Source: a virus
Lineage: Duplodnaviria > Caudoviricetes
Virus record (IMG/VR): IMGVR_UViG_3300025771_000034
Coordinates: 1-54,758 of that record
Length of the DNA: 54,758 nt
Direction: 5' to 3' (one strand)
Shown here one piece after another: positions 18,526 to 29,600 of the stretch. How positions within the stretch are numbered: position 1 is the stretch's first letter; each line of letters begins with the position of its first letter. Both the position numbers and the translations under genes were made by a program. The notes under the pieces are model-generated. The model had not been told where the DNA came from. It did no database searches and saw only the letters and a program-made list of their open reading frames with translations.

Positions 18526-18662
18526 AATGCAAAATTTCCAAACTTTGATGGGGGGTGATATATTTTTCTATAACCACAATTTATGCAAAAAATTTCCAAA
18601 TGATTATATGCAGAATGAACTCTATCTACAAACATTTTTCCTTTACATCTTTTGCAGCACAT
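18474..18662 (-). CDS. Small zinc-ribbon protein
   Basis: CKRCKG.MF.D...CINCG; AAGGA SD downstream of a TGgTAGAAT promoter. Confidence 0.7.
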   Translation of the reverse strand: MCCKRCKGKMFVDRVHSAYNHLEIFCINCGYRKIYHPPSKFGNFALWLEKKEKETAKQVNGR

Positions 18663-18703
18663 AATATTCCTTGTTTAAAATTTAGACAATTCTACCATAA
18701 AAA

Positions 18704-19135
18704 TTATGATAGAACTGGGAAACCTATTGCAATAATGTTAACAAAAATATCTAGGTTTCCACCAGCATTAAAAGTTATCCTAAATGTACAACTTGAGCTT
18801 GAAATATTTTTCATAACTACCGTTGCATCGTCGCCAATTGTTGATGAAGCACCAGAAACAATCGTTGCAGTTACGATTGGATTTCCATTAAATGGTGGAT
18901 ATGAAACAGTATAGTCTACTACGTCGCCATCAGTTTTATTTGTACTAGCAAAAACGTTTACTGTCTTAGCAAAAAATTTCATGTCTGATGTTTTAACACT
19001 TACATCGTTGACAGAAGAAAATGATGATGATCTATCACCAACAAGGGTGGTAAGCTGATTAACTTGTGTAGCTATTTGAGCTATATAATCAACGTCAAGC
19101 GGCTGGCCCCTGTTGGGCGTAGATAAGATTCCCAT
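18704..19135 (-). CDS. Minor tail / tail-tip protein
   Basis: Last gene of the tail module; C-terminal F...P.V.AT...F.....NIIAIG beta-sandwich typical of fibre tips. Confidence 0.6.
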   Translation of the reverse strand: MGILSTPNRGQPLDVDYIAQIATQVNQLTTLVGDRSSSFSSVNDVSVKTSDMKFFAKTVNVFASTNKTDGDVVDYTVSYPPFNGNPIVTATIVSGASSTIGDDATVVMKNISSSSCTFRITFNAGGNLDIFVNIIAIGFPVLS

Positions 19136-19160
19136 ATTTTCTCCTTAGTAAATTATATCA

Positions 19161-19946
19161 TTAGGTAAAGACTATATCATCTGTTACAAATTGTATCTGA
19201 CCATTTATTTTAGCCACAGTATTGGGATTAGCTGCTCCTAGATCTAATGCCGACCTGAGAGATATATCAGGGCCAGTAGACTCCACCTTAAAACTATTAT
19301 CTCCATCATCTCCTACACTATATACCCTCTTAATTCCAGCAAACAATGAATTATCTTCAAATGGGGTGACTGCGTTATTGTTGTTTAATGTAATATTTAC
19401 ATAGTCTCCTGCTGAAAATGGCACATCTCTTTGAAGCCAATATCTTAAATAGTTTACTTTCCTATCAAATTGATCTACATTTACTGATAAAGATTCTATT
19501 CTTGGATATTCTGGTAGCTTTACCATTATTTGTGCAGAGTAGTTTCCAAAGGAGTATATTGATATTCTATTACTTAATGGTAATGGATTTATTGAAACAT
19601 AATTTGTATTTTTTCTACCCAAAAACGACAATGGTTCGTGAAAATAAAATGTTCCATATACTACACTAAAGTATGACAACTTGTATCTAACATATATATC
19701 AAATTCTTGATTAATATCTGCCGTATACCATGTTCCATCAATTCTATTAGATATGCTTGAATCAATAGAATATGATGTTGTATTTGTATTAAAGTCTGCT
19801 TGATCTAATGCCCTTTTTATTTCTCCAATTACAGACCATTGAGAATAAAGGTTTCTGTTTTTATTAATAATTCTATATCTAAACTTATTTGTTAGTTCAT
19901 CAGAAACAGTTGGCAAAGCACTCTTTGGAATAATTATTTTAGCCAT
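19161..19946 (-). CDS. Putative tail/baseplate protein
   Basis: 261 aa in the tail-tip module; FRYRII..N....SQWS motif. Confidence 0.55.
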   Translation of the reverse strand: MAKIIIPKSALPTVSDELTNKFRYRIINKNRNLYSQWSVIGEIKRALDQADFNTNTTSYSIDSSISNRIDGTWYTADINQEFDIYVRYKLSYFSVVYGTFYFHEPLSFLGRKNTNYVSINPLPLSNRISIYSFGNYSAQIMVKLPEYPRIESLSVNVDQFDRKVNYLRYWLQRDVPFSAGDYVNITLNNNNAVTPFEDNSLFAGIKRVYSVGDDGDNSFKVESTGPDISLRSALDLGAANPNTVAKINGQIQFVTDDIVFT

Positions 19947-21334
19947 TATGCTATATTGACTCCAAAACGGTATTCTATGTATCCTTGTGAATTTTCTACC
20001 TTTAAAATTGTTTGACCATCATCAAAATTATTTCTTAATTTAGAGTAAGCAACCATGCCGTACAACGGATTTTCTGTATTTTCATTGTCAATTCTTATAC
20101 CGTCAAATGCTATATAAGATCCATCATAGTTTCCAGATCCATCTAATGTCTGTGCATATATGACTATACCATCGACTCTTGACCAGCTAAAGTTGTTTCC
20201 AAGGTCAAAATCTTTTTTCTGTTTAGATAAAATTATATATCTTCCATCGGAGAAATCTGAAGATGTAAGTAGGCTAGTTGTTATCGCTTTTTGAGCACTA
20301 AGGCTATCAAGAAATTCTATTCTTAGTCTCACCTTGCTAGGAGCAGACAAAGGAGACAGTTCTTGAGATATTACACTAAATGCAAACTTGATATAGTCAT
20401 TTGGAGAATTTTGACTCAAATTAAGTTTCAAAGAGTTTGTAAATATATATTTTTGTTTTCCTACTAGTTCCATGTCGTCATTAAGAAAGCTTGTCATATC
20501 CCCAGGAATCATCAAACATCTATTGTAAAATCTTGGATTTTCATACTTTTCTTTTCTTTCGAAGAAAGTAAATGCTTCATTGTCAGAATTGACAAACATA
20601 GCACATGCAGACAAAGATGTTGCTGGATCAATAAAGGTTGCTGAACTAACTACTCCCGACGCACTTGCAATACTAGTTGTTGTAAAAGGAATAGTGTTAT
20701 CGCTCTCAATCAAGCTTGGTGAAACATTATGATATGTCCACCCCTCTGTTGTCAAAAATCCAGATACTACACGGCTATCATAGTTAAGTGCCAATGAATT
20801 ATTGGCTGCGGGATACAGGGCAATTTCACTCATTTCATATCTTTGATCTGTTGGAAGTTCAGCTTTAAAAACAATTCTTTCTCTGTTATATGAAACTGTG
20901 GCTGTATCTGATGCTGATGCACTTGAATACCAATTAGATGCACTAATTGTTTGCTCATAAGTTATAGTATTAGATGTTGTAGAAGCAACAATAAAATTAC
21001 CCTCTTTTGAATCATTTGAAAGACTAGAAAACTCTACAAATATTTCATCTCCAACTTTTGTTCCATGTAACGATGGAGTTTCTATAGTTACAGAGTTGTC
21101 TGTTACAGACCAGGAACCTATATCTAAAACAATATTGTCATTTACAAGGCCGCGAGATAGTACAGGAATTCTAAACGCCTCAAAATCCATAGATTTTTTA
21201 GTTATTGGAGAGTTGTCTACCTCGCCTGTTGACAAAGGTTTTGCTCCAACGCCTACAGAAATATATGCAGCATATTCTGGCGACTCGCCAAGTAGGTACT
21301 TAGTTATAATTTGGTTGCCTTTAGAAGTAATCAT
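19946..21334 (-). CDS. Putative minor tail protein
   Basis: 462 aa; MIT..G..II.KYL...YISVGVG start and IEYRF end; located in the tail module. Confidence 0.6.
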   Translation of the reverse strand: MITSKGNQIITKYLLGESPEYAAYISVGVGAKPLSTGEVDNSPITKKSMDFEAFRIPVLSRGLVNDNIVLDIGSWSVTDNSVTIETPSLHGTKVGDEIFVEFSSLSNDSKEGNFIVASTTSNTITYEQTISASNWYSSASASDTATVSYNRERIVFKAELPTDQRYEMSEIALYPAANNSLALNYDSRVVSGFLTTEGWTYHNVSPSLIESDNTIPFTTTSIASASGVVSSATFIDPATSLSACAMFVNSDNEAFTFFERKEKYENPRFYNRCLMIPGDMTSFLNDDMELVGKQKYIFTNSLKLNLSQNSPNDYIKFAFSVISQELSPLSAPSKVRLRIEFLDSLSAQKAITTSLLTSSDFSDGRYIILSKQKKDFDLGNNFSWSRVDGIVIYAQTLDGSGNYDGSYIAFDGIRIDNENTENPLYGMVAYSKLRNNFDDGQTILKVENSQGYIEYRFGVNIA

Positions 21335-21785
21335 TTTCTCTCACTCTATTTATTTTACCATCTGTCTCAACCTCTACTTGAACAAGTTCAGTGGTTTTAA
21401 CATTATTAAATTCCAAAATTAAATTTTCCCCATCATAATAAGCATTGGTCAAGAGGTTGTTTTCTGGAAGCTCTTGATTTTCATCATAATATGTTTCTTC
21501 TGGAATTTTATTTACCAGTTTAATTGAATATTGATTAAAGATAGACTGATATTGTGCCTTATTTATAAGAAGTAATGATGGATCAAAATCAATATTTACC
21601 TTTGTTAGATCTGATATTACCGAATATACAACATCAACGCCGCTGATGGTGTCATGTCTAACAAGATTAATTAATTGTGTTCCAGCAATGTCCTGAAAAA
21701 TATATTTTTCTATTTCAGACAAGTCAGATAATACCTGAGTCTCAATATTTACTATATCCCTCGTTGGTAATTTTATAGCTGCCAT
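21321..21785 (-). CDS. Putative minor tail protein
   Basis: 154 aa, coupled to the large tail-tip gene. Confidence 0.55.
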   Translation of the reverse strand: MAAIKLPTRDIVNIETQVLSDLSEIEKYIFQDIAGTQLINLVRHDTISGVDVVYSVISDLTKVNIDFDPSLLLINKAQYQSIFNQYSIKLVNKIPEETYYDENQELPENNLLTNAYYDGENLILEFNNVKTTELVQVEVETDGKINRVRENDYF

Positions 21786-24700
21786 TATATCTCTACCACC
21801 TTAAGTGTTTGTGTAATCTCTCCCAACATTTTTGAATAAACTATGTCATTAATATAAAATCTAGTTGATGAATCAACATATTCTACACCGTCTGGCAGTG
21901 TATAATCTATTGTAACAATATCTCCAAGCTGGAGGTGCGGCATTGGAAAAGTTCTAATAGTTGCTTCTCTTCTTGGCCTCATAGTTTTATCTATTATCCA
22001 TCCCATAATATTTTCAGCAAAATCTTGAGATTGAATATACATAGAGTCTAATGAGAATTCTTTGTTTCCATATTTAGATCTACTAGACTTTATTTGATTA
22101 TATTTTTCTAAATTAATTTGTGGAGAAACTATTTCATTACCCTGATATTGTGGGTCAGAGAAGTTTGATATTTTATTAAAGTAGTCGTCTACTGTAAGAC
22201 TCTGACTTGTATTTTGTGTAAAAGTAACTCCTAAAATTCTTAAATAATTTCCCGTAGTTTCATCAAGAACTAATGCCTTGTCTGCTGCATTGAATACAAG
22301 AAACTCTGCCTCATAAGATCCACCATAAAATCCAGACACTGTGTAGCCACGGTCATTTATAAATGTTTTTGCAATAACTGAATAAAAAGATGGAAAAGCT
22401 TGGTCATATTTAATATTAAAGTGTGCACATTCCCGCATAATTGTGCCAAACTCTTCAAAGTAGGCACGATACTTTGTATTGGTGTCTGGACCTATATTGC
22501 TTAAATATGTTGACTGAATAATGCCAGACATTGCGTACTTTTTTAAAAATTCATTTGTTCTAATACCATTGTTATCAAAAATACTAGTGTCTGGAATAAT
22601 ATTGTCGTTGGAATTTTTAGCAACTAAGTCATCAATTGCATAAATGTTTTCAAACATGCATTCAGAACTTGATCTTACAAACAGGCAGGTGTTTGTTTTT
22701 ATTGGCAAAGGGTCTGAGTCGTCAACAACCTTAATAAGAATATTATTTATATATAAGTAAAATCTTAATGCTCCACCGCTCAAAATTTCATATTCTATAT
22801 TTAAATCATATACAGTAGAATTTTCTGTTATTGCAAGCCTATCCTGACCTACAAATAAGCCACTATCAACCGTTATAGTTGATAGACCACCCCAAAGTTT
22901 TGTTGGAATTGCTTTACCATTTAGAGATGATTCACTTGATGCATTTTTATTTATCTTGTAAAATAATATATTATGAATAACAGATGATTCATTTCCATCT
23001 GCATCGAAAGTATAATGTTTTTCTAAATTTCTTTCTGTAAGAGCAACTATTTCAAAATAATATCCACTACCACTATCAGTATCTACCATAATTCCCATAC
23101 CGCCAGATCCACCACTGACGCTTGTACTATCTTGCATATCTAAAGATTGAATAGAAAAATAATTACTAGAACCATTTGCAATCTGACCGTAATTAAAATC
23201 TGGCTCCCCAATAATTCTCATTCTTGTTCCAAAACTTCTAAATGAAAAATTAGATGATAAATCTTTATAGATGTAAGAAATTAAGTCCCTATGGTTAGGA
23301 ATTGATTGTTCAGGTGCTGGGCCTTTAAATACTAAAGCAGAGGATTGTAATGTTCCTGATTCTGTGGTTCTTAAATCGTTAACAAGGCCATCAACAAATG
23401 TTTTTGAAGACATAAAGTTTTTAATTATTCCGTTTCTTTTTGACTTTCTTGCAATTTCGTTTACAGCATCAGATTCTACTCTTTTTGTTGAGCTTATTTC
23501 TGGATATGAAATATTTTCTGTGGGAGTTGTAGTAAAAAGGTATTCAGACGCTGTTCTTACTCCATATGTATTTGTATTGTTTGACCAATATTCTGGAAGA
23601 CCTGCAGAATGATTTGTTATTTCTGTACCAAACTGACCGCGACCGTGTATACGGACTTCTCCATTTTTTAAAAATGTTGTTCCATTTATTGTTTCATAAT
23701 ATGGTTCAGAGAATATTCTTATCCTTCCAGTAGGGTATATTTTCCCATTAAATGGCAAAGAAGAAAAATATTTTTGATATTCTTGATTATTCGATATCCA
23801 AACTGTTGGAGTTTCTGTTCCAGGTACTGCAAATTCTACAGCATCAAATCTAATTATTTCACCATTTGCATATAGGTAACCCTGGAATCTTGGAATCCAA
23901 TAAATGCTTTCTCCTACATCAATAACATTGTTCACCATTTCTCTATTTACAACAGATGGAGGATTAATAGACAAGTCATTATTTAGTGCCATAGCTCCCA
24001 GAGTGTAACCAGAGGAATCTTTTGAGGCTTCATTTACAGTTTTTGTTTGTTCTGTTGCACTTACTTCCCACAAAAGGACTGGCTTATACTTGTAAGTTCT
24101 TTCTTCATCTAGTAAAAATGAAGATTTTAATGTAGATACTGAGCGTTGTATATATCTAATCGTATAGTCAATTCTTCCGTCATTAATTATTTTTGTTTCT
24201 GAACTATCTATTGATTCAATATTTGCTAATGGTGAATTATTTCCAGAAAGAACGAAATCTATTTCACGATCTGTCTCTGATGGGAAAAGATATTCTTTTG
24301 ACATTACAATAAAATTATTATATTCATCAAAAAACATTGCTGTTTGAGTTGCCTGCGCTAGCCTTTGTAAAATTTCAGCAACACTTATGTTTGGCTCAAT
24401 AAAAAAGAATGGAAGAATTGGATCGTTTTCTTCTGTAATATTTTTAAATAAGTAATTACTAAACCCTATGTAATCAAGAACGGTTGCTACTGCATATGTC
24501 AGTGTAGTTTCTTGGCTTAGGAGGCTTGGGGCATTGGTTGTCTCTAGTTTAAAAAATAAGTCTCTTAATGGGACAGATATTACTGAATCTCCCCCAGAAG
24601 GTCTGGGGAAAATTTCTGCATATAAAGTTTTTATTGGAATATATTTATCCGAACCATTAACATCAAGTATTGTTTCATAAAAAACAAACTTTGTATTTTG

Positions 24701-26083
24701 CCTTGCATAATCAGCTACAATACTTCCAAATTCGCCATCAAAAGTATTCGACTCAGTTAATATATTGTCAAAGTTGACAATGTTAACGTTTCCGTTTGAA
24801 ACAGTTAGGTATCCAACTGGAAGGCCATTTTCATCAGCGGAGAGGGACTTTGCTATATCAAACGATTCCACATAGTCTGACATATTGACAAGCAGCCTTG
24901 GAGATACCTCAATAATATCAAGTGGTGCTGATGGGGCATTCATTGTTTTTACAACTATTCTTATGCCATTAGTTCTATCAAACTCTCTATATGTTTTTTT
25001 ACCATTCAACTCATAAAAGTATGGATTAACTGGCTTTGATATTGTTCCATTTTTTTCTATAACATCTTCTTCATATAATGACCATCCATACTCTAATAAA
25101 AAGTCGTCCCAATCTGAACCATTCCAAATTTTTAATTTACCATTTGGCAAATTATCATCATTGACAACATATGCATCTCCGAAAATATTACCAATATTTG
25201 GCAGTAAAGTTTCTACTGAGTAGTCAATAAACCTAAAAACCCCTATATATTCTTTTGGAACTTTTATTCCATAAAAAATTTCAACGTGTCCATCTTTTGG
25301 AACTATTGGACTTCCGTCAGACCTTCTCGTATTTTCATTGAATTCAATAATGTCAATCCAATTATTTTTTTCATCAAGAGATTGTATCTTCCATGATGCT
25401 GGTACCGTAGCATTTGAATAATTATAAAGTGGATCAGATATAACCGTATCATTTGAAAGTCTAATAGATCCAAGATTTACCGATCCAACATTTGTTTGCA
25501 TTTTGATAACAAGCCTGTTAAAGTTAATTGCTTCTTTGTAAACAATAAATGGACATGCATCTGTCATAGCATAACCCGCAATAACTGGTTGTGATGGAGA
25601 AGATATTCCTCTTTCTACACCATCCTCATTCCTATATGAGGTCCAATATTTAAAGTAATCTGACCTTGAAGGCATATAATATCTTGGACGCTCTGCAGAC
25701 CTTACGTTATCAAAAAACTTGCCATTGATAAATCTTAATTTATTAATTCCTGATCTTGGTCTAAATGGTAAAAAACAATCTCCTAAAGAATAATACAAGT
25801 CTTTACTTTTATCTACAACTTTAAATGTATTTTCATCATCTGTGTCTGAATATTCTTTATAAGAAATGTCTGCTTCTGTATAGTAGTTTCCAAAGTCAAA
25901 CTTATCATATGTAGATATTGGCTCTAAGAATTGACCATCATTACCAAAAGGTCTGTATCTATAGTTCCCTATTCTAGAAATATTTTCTAGATCATTTAGA
26001 TTAAACTCTGCAAGAATAAAAGAAGAAATTTTTAGCGTGTTGTTATTTTCTATTGCATCTAGGAGGTCTTCATCATAAAACAT
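21785..26083 (-). CDS. Large minor tail protein (tail-tip hub)
   Basis: 1432 aa, two genes after the tape measure; LQRLAQATQTAMFFDE and PHLQLGDIV hub-like motifs. Confidence 0.75.
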   Translation of the reverse strand: MFYDEDLLDAIENNNTLKISSFILAEFNLNDLENISRIGNYRYRPFGNDGQFLEPISTYDKFDFGNYYTEADISYKEYSDTDDENTFKVVDKSKDLYYSLGDCFLPFRPRSGINKLRFINGKFFDNVRSAERPRYYMPSRSDYFKYWTSYRNEDGVERGISSPSQPVIAGYAMTDACPFIVYKEAINFNRLVIKMQTNVGSVNLGSIRLSNDTVISDPLYNYSNATVPASWKIQSLDEKNNWIDIIEFNENTRRSDGSPIVPKDGHVEIFYGIKVPKEYIGVFRFIDYSVETLLPNIGNIFGDAYVVNDDNLPNGKLKIWNGSDWDDFLLEYGWSLYEEDVIEKNGTISKPVNPYFYELNGKKTYREFDRTNGIRIVVKTMNAPSAPLDIIEVSPRLLVNMSDYVESFDIAKSLSADENGLPVGYLTVSNGNVNIVNFDNILTESNTFDGEFGSIVADYARQNTKFVFYETILDVNGSDKYIPIKTLYAEIFPRPSGGDSVISVPLRDLFFKLETTNAPSLLSQETTLTYAVATVLDYIGFSNYLFKNITEENDPILPFFFIEPNISVAEILQRLAQATQTAMFFDEYNNFIVMSKEYLFPSETDREIDFVLSGNNSPLANIESIDSSETKIINDGRIDYTIRYIQRSVSTLKSSFLLDEERTYKYKPVLLWEVSATEQTKTVNEASKDSSGYTLGAMALNNDLSINPPSVVNREMVNNVIDVGESIYWIPRFQGYLYANGEIIRFDAVEFAVPGTETPTVWISNNQEYQKYFSSLPFNGKIYPTGRIRIFSEPYYETINGTTFLKNGEVRIHGRGQFGTEITNHSAGLPEYWSNNTNTYGVRTASEYLFTTTPTENISYPEISSTKRVESDAVNEIARKSKRNGIIKNFMSSKTFVDGLVNDLRTTESGTLQSSALVFKGPAPEQSIPNHRDLISYIYKDLSSNFSFRSFGTRMRIIGEPDFNYGQIANGSSNYFSIQSLDMQDSTSVSGGSGGMGIMVDTDSGSGYYFEIVALTERNLEKHYTFDADGNESSVIHNILFYKINKNASSESSLNGKAIPTKLWGGLSTITVDSGLFVGQDRLAITENSTVYDLNIEYEILSGGALRFYLYINNILIKVVDDSDPLPIKTNTCLFVRSSSECMFENIYAIDDLVAKNSNDNIIPDTSIFDNNGIRTNEFLKKYAMSGIIQSTYLSNIGPDTNTKYRAYFEEFGTIMRECAHFNIKYDQAFPSFYSVIAKTFINDRGYTVSGFYGGSYEAEFLVFNAADKALVLDETTGNYLRILGVTFTQNTSQSLTVDDYFNKISNFSDPQYQGNEIVSPQINLEKYNQIKSSRSKYGNKEFSLDSMYIQSQDFAENIMGWIIDKTMRPRREATIRTFPMPHLQLGDIVTIDYTLPDGVEYVDSSTRFYINDIVYSKMLGEITQTLKVVEI

Positions 26084-26664
26084 TATACCTCCTCAAGCGT
26101 TACTGATATGTTCCAAAGATCGTGATTTGTTCCGCCTCTTTTTATTATAGAGCTTTCACATGAGGCAAAGTATACTTGAACAACTTCGTTATATTCATTA
26201 AGATGTTGGTATGGCAATACATTAAATTCGTTATATTTGTCATAGGCAAGAAGCATATAGAATGAACCTTGATGGTTTTCATACCAATCAACTAGGTCTA
26301 CCCCGCCTGCTGCAAGATCAACAACATAATCCTCTACGCTATTTGTCAATTGACCACTAGCAGAGAATACAGGAGAATTTGAAAATGCACGGGATGGAAA
26401 CATTTCCCAGGACCATGAATATGTTTTCTTATCTGCAATATGATATGAGCGCATTGTTCCATTAATCATTCTTCTTCTATTTTCTATTCTTTGTTTTTGA
26501 ATAGATATTTCAGAACGATTATGATCGGAAAGGATTAAGAAGTCATCAAATTCTGTCCCAGATGGTACATATTTAGCATTGCTAGTTTCATATGCATCTG
26601 CCCAGACAATGGCTTGTGGTCTTGCATATTTAGACCTGCCAGCCATATATACACTATCAGCCAC
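26083..26664 (-). CDS. Distal tail protein-like minor tail protein
   Basis: Immediately after the tape measure; RMINGTMR...K..SW...W.ISVTLEEV. Confidence 0.65.
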   Translation of the reverse strand: MADSVYMAGRSKYARPQAIVWADAYETSNAKYVPSGTEFDDFLILSDHNRSEISIQKQRIENRRRMINGTMRSYHIADKKTYSWSWEMFPSRAFSNSPVFSASGQLTNSVEDYVVDLAAGGVDLVDWYENHQGSFYMLLAYDKYNEFNVLPYQHLNEYNEVVQVYFASCESSIIKRGGTNHDLWNISVTLEEV

Positions 26665-29600
26665 GGGTATTGTATCCTCTTAGTCTAGTATTTTCAGTCA
26701 TCTTAATCTTCTTCATTACAGCATTTGCAACATCATCTGGATTCATATCTGAGCCATTTAGTGTTACATTTACATTATAATTATACATTGATCCAGATTC
26801 TGATGCACTACCATTGGGCATTGGCTGTCTAAAATTAACTCTTGGGAATACTTGACCATTAAGAGATTGAAGAAAGTTTCCATATGTCTCTGCTACTGGC
26901 TTACGAACTACAAATTCTCCAGGAGTTAGCATGGCAGGAACACTATCAAGCATTCCATTTCCAGGAACCCATGATCCAGAAGCGAACTTCTTCATTTTTC
27001 CACCATACATAAATCCTGGGGGTGTTTCTCTAGAACCTCTATAATTAACAGATCCACCAAACATAAGTTGCTTGATTTTCCCACCATACATAACAGTTGC
27101 TGCTCTACCAATATTATTAGCAATAATAGCCCACTCTCTTGCCCTAAATCCTGACGTATCTCCTTGTGCTGCACGATTTACAACGCTTTGAATAACTGAG
27201 TCTGCAGGAGTTTTTGTTTCATACCATGTTTGAGCCTTTGTATCTGCTACTGTAACAGGTTTTCCTGCGGCAATGTTAGCTTGTTGTAGTGTTCCAGGCG
27301 TTGTTACTCCAGGAACTGGTGCTGCTGGTGCTGGTGCTGGTGCTGGTGCAGAATATGACGTAGCATTCTGCTGTTTAATTCTGTTAGCAGCTGCTAATCT
27401 TTCATTTTGTTCATCAATTGCAGCATTCAATTTTCTTTGATCTACTTCAGCAAGTTCAAGCTCTGCTCTAAGCATAGCTAGTTGATTATTACCAAGCTTA
27501 TATTTATCTTCAAGTCTTGCAGCCTCTTCATTAATAAAAAACTGAGTATTGTAAATCTGATCTTGAATATCTCTTTGCTCAAGTTGCAGTCTCTTGATAT
27601 CTTCTTCAATGACCTTCCTTCTATCCTTGGCTTTATTAATCTTGTCGTCAATGTTTTCAATCTCTTTTTGTTTTTTCAACTCAAGCATGGATCTTTGATC
27701 TTCTCTTCTTTGTGCAGCAAGCTCCGATTGAAGCTGCATCTGTGCTCTTGCAGCAGCAGCAATATCACCACTAGATAGTGCATCGGCAACGTCTAGGCTC
27801 TTTTCTTTTAGAGCAATTATCTTTTCTTCTTTTTCAAAAATTTCATCAAGTGCTTCTATCTGGTTATCATATGTTTCTTGAATAGTTTCTTTTTGTTCTT
27901 CAAGCCTGGTTATTTCTTCATCAATTGGCTCAAGTGCCCTTTGTCTTAGCTCTATTTCTCTAGATTTTAGTTCGTTTTCTCTTTCATAAACCTCAAGCAG
28001 GTCTTCATGGTTGTCTACCTTTTCTTCAGCATAAAGGGCAGACATTGTTTCATTCTTATTTATATTTTCAAGAAGCTCAATTTCATATTTAAGTCGATTA
28101 ATATTTTCTTGTCCTTGAAGTTGCTGTAGTCTTAATTGTGCTGGATCTTGCATAGCAAGTGTAAGTATTTCTAATTCTTCAAATAGACCAACAAACTTAC
28201 TTAATTCTTCTGTTGAGTAGTTTGCTGCTCCAGCAATTTGAGATATAGCAACTGCCGCTGATGGCGCAATTCCTTCAGACATTAATTCTAAAGCATAATT
28301 AGCAGCCTTGACTTGATCGTCCAGACTTCCAAGCTCTGTATTAAACTTGGTAAACTGATCAGACTCTTCATTTAAATCTAATTGTTCTTTTGCAAATTTT
28401 TCAACTGAATTAGTTGCCTTTTGTAACAAAGAGTTTTCTTCTCTAAGCTGTTTAATTCTTCCTGTATTTCTTTCTGACTTTTTCTTTTGTCTTTCTTGTC
28501 TAATAATGTCTTTGTTTATTTGAATTTGATCTCTATATGCCTTTGTTTGTTCAGCTATTATTTCTACTTCTTCTATAGACCTTCCCTCTGCAACAAGAGA
28601 CTTCCTATAGTCTAGATCCTCTCTTTGATTCTGCAACTGATTTGCGAGAGTAAATGGAAGAGCCATTGCTTCTGCAGCAAGTTGTGCAGACCGATCTGCT
28701 ACAAAATTAGCATATGCCCCCTTGACTTTATCAAGACCGCCCCTAATTAGTTTAAGACCTTTTTCTCCTTGTGATCTAAGATATTCAAGAAATTCTGGGG
28801 CAAAGGGTCCAGAAATGAATTTCTTAAACCCTCTTTGATTACCTAATTTAGACATTCCTGCAAGCATTTTTTGTGATGCTTGAGCTTGTTCTTTAAGTTG
28901 TTGGAAAAGAGTTTTTTCTTTTTGTCCATTACCGCCAGGTCCTGTTCTTGTTCCACTATCTGCTAGATTTATCCTAGAAGTTTGTTGTGCAGCTTCTAAG
29001 ATTTGTATTGCATTCCTAACCCTCTCTTTTGCTAATTGATTAGCTTTTCTATCAAGTGCTCCTCCACCACCTACGCCTCCAAATTCTGCCATAGATTCTT
29101 CAAGTGCTGATAGTGCTTCAATTGCTTGCTCAAGTTCAACATATGCTTGAATTACAATAACTTTGTCTTCTACCTTAAAATCGTTAAAATCTTTCATTCT
29201 TGCAAGTAATTTACCAAAAGCTGTGTTAGCATCGGTTTGAGTCATTCCTTCTTGAACCATTATTTGAACTGCAGCCTTTTTAACAATTTCTGGTTTTGTT
29301 GAATCTAAATCAGCCATTGCTTTTCTTATTTTTATTACTTCATTTGCCAACTCTTCTGGGCTTGCTAATTCACCATTTTTATTTGTATTAGCTTCAATAA
29401 AAGCTTTAACATTTATTTCTTCTGGTAGTTTTAATAATATAGAGGCACTATTAGCAATATCATCTGCAAGTGGACCAAATTGTTTTAAGTCTTCTCTGTT
29501 AGTAATATCTATACCAAGTTTGAACTGCAAGTCTTGTGGAATTTTAGAAATTTCTTTTGCATAACCAGTTAATCTTGAAAGTGGTGTATCAGTAATATTT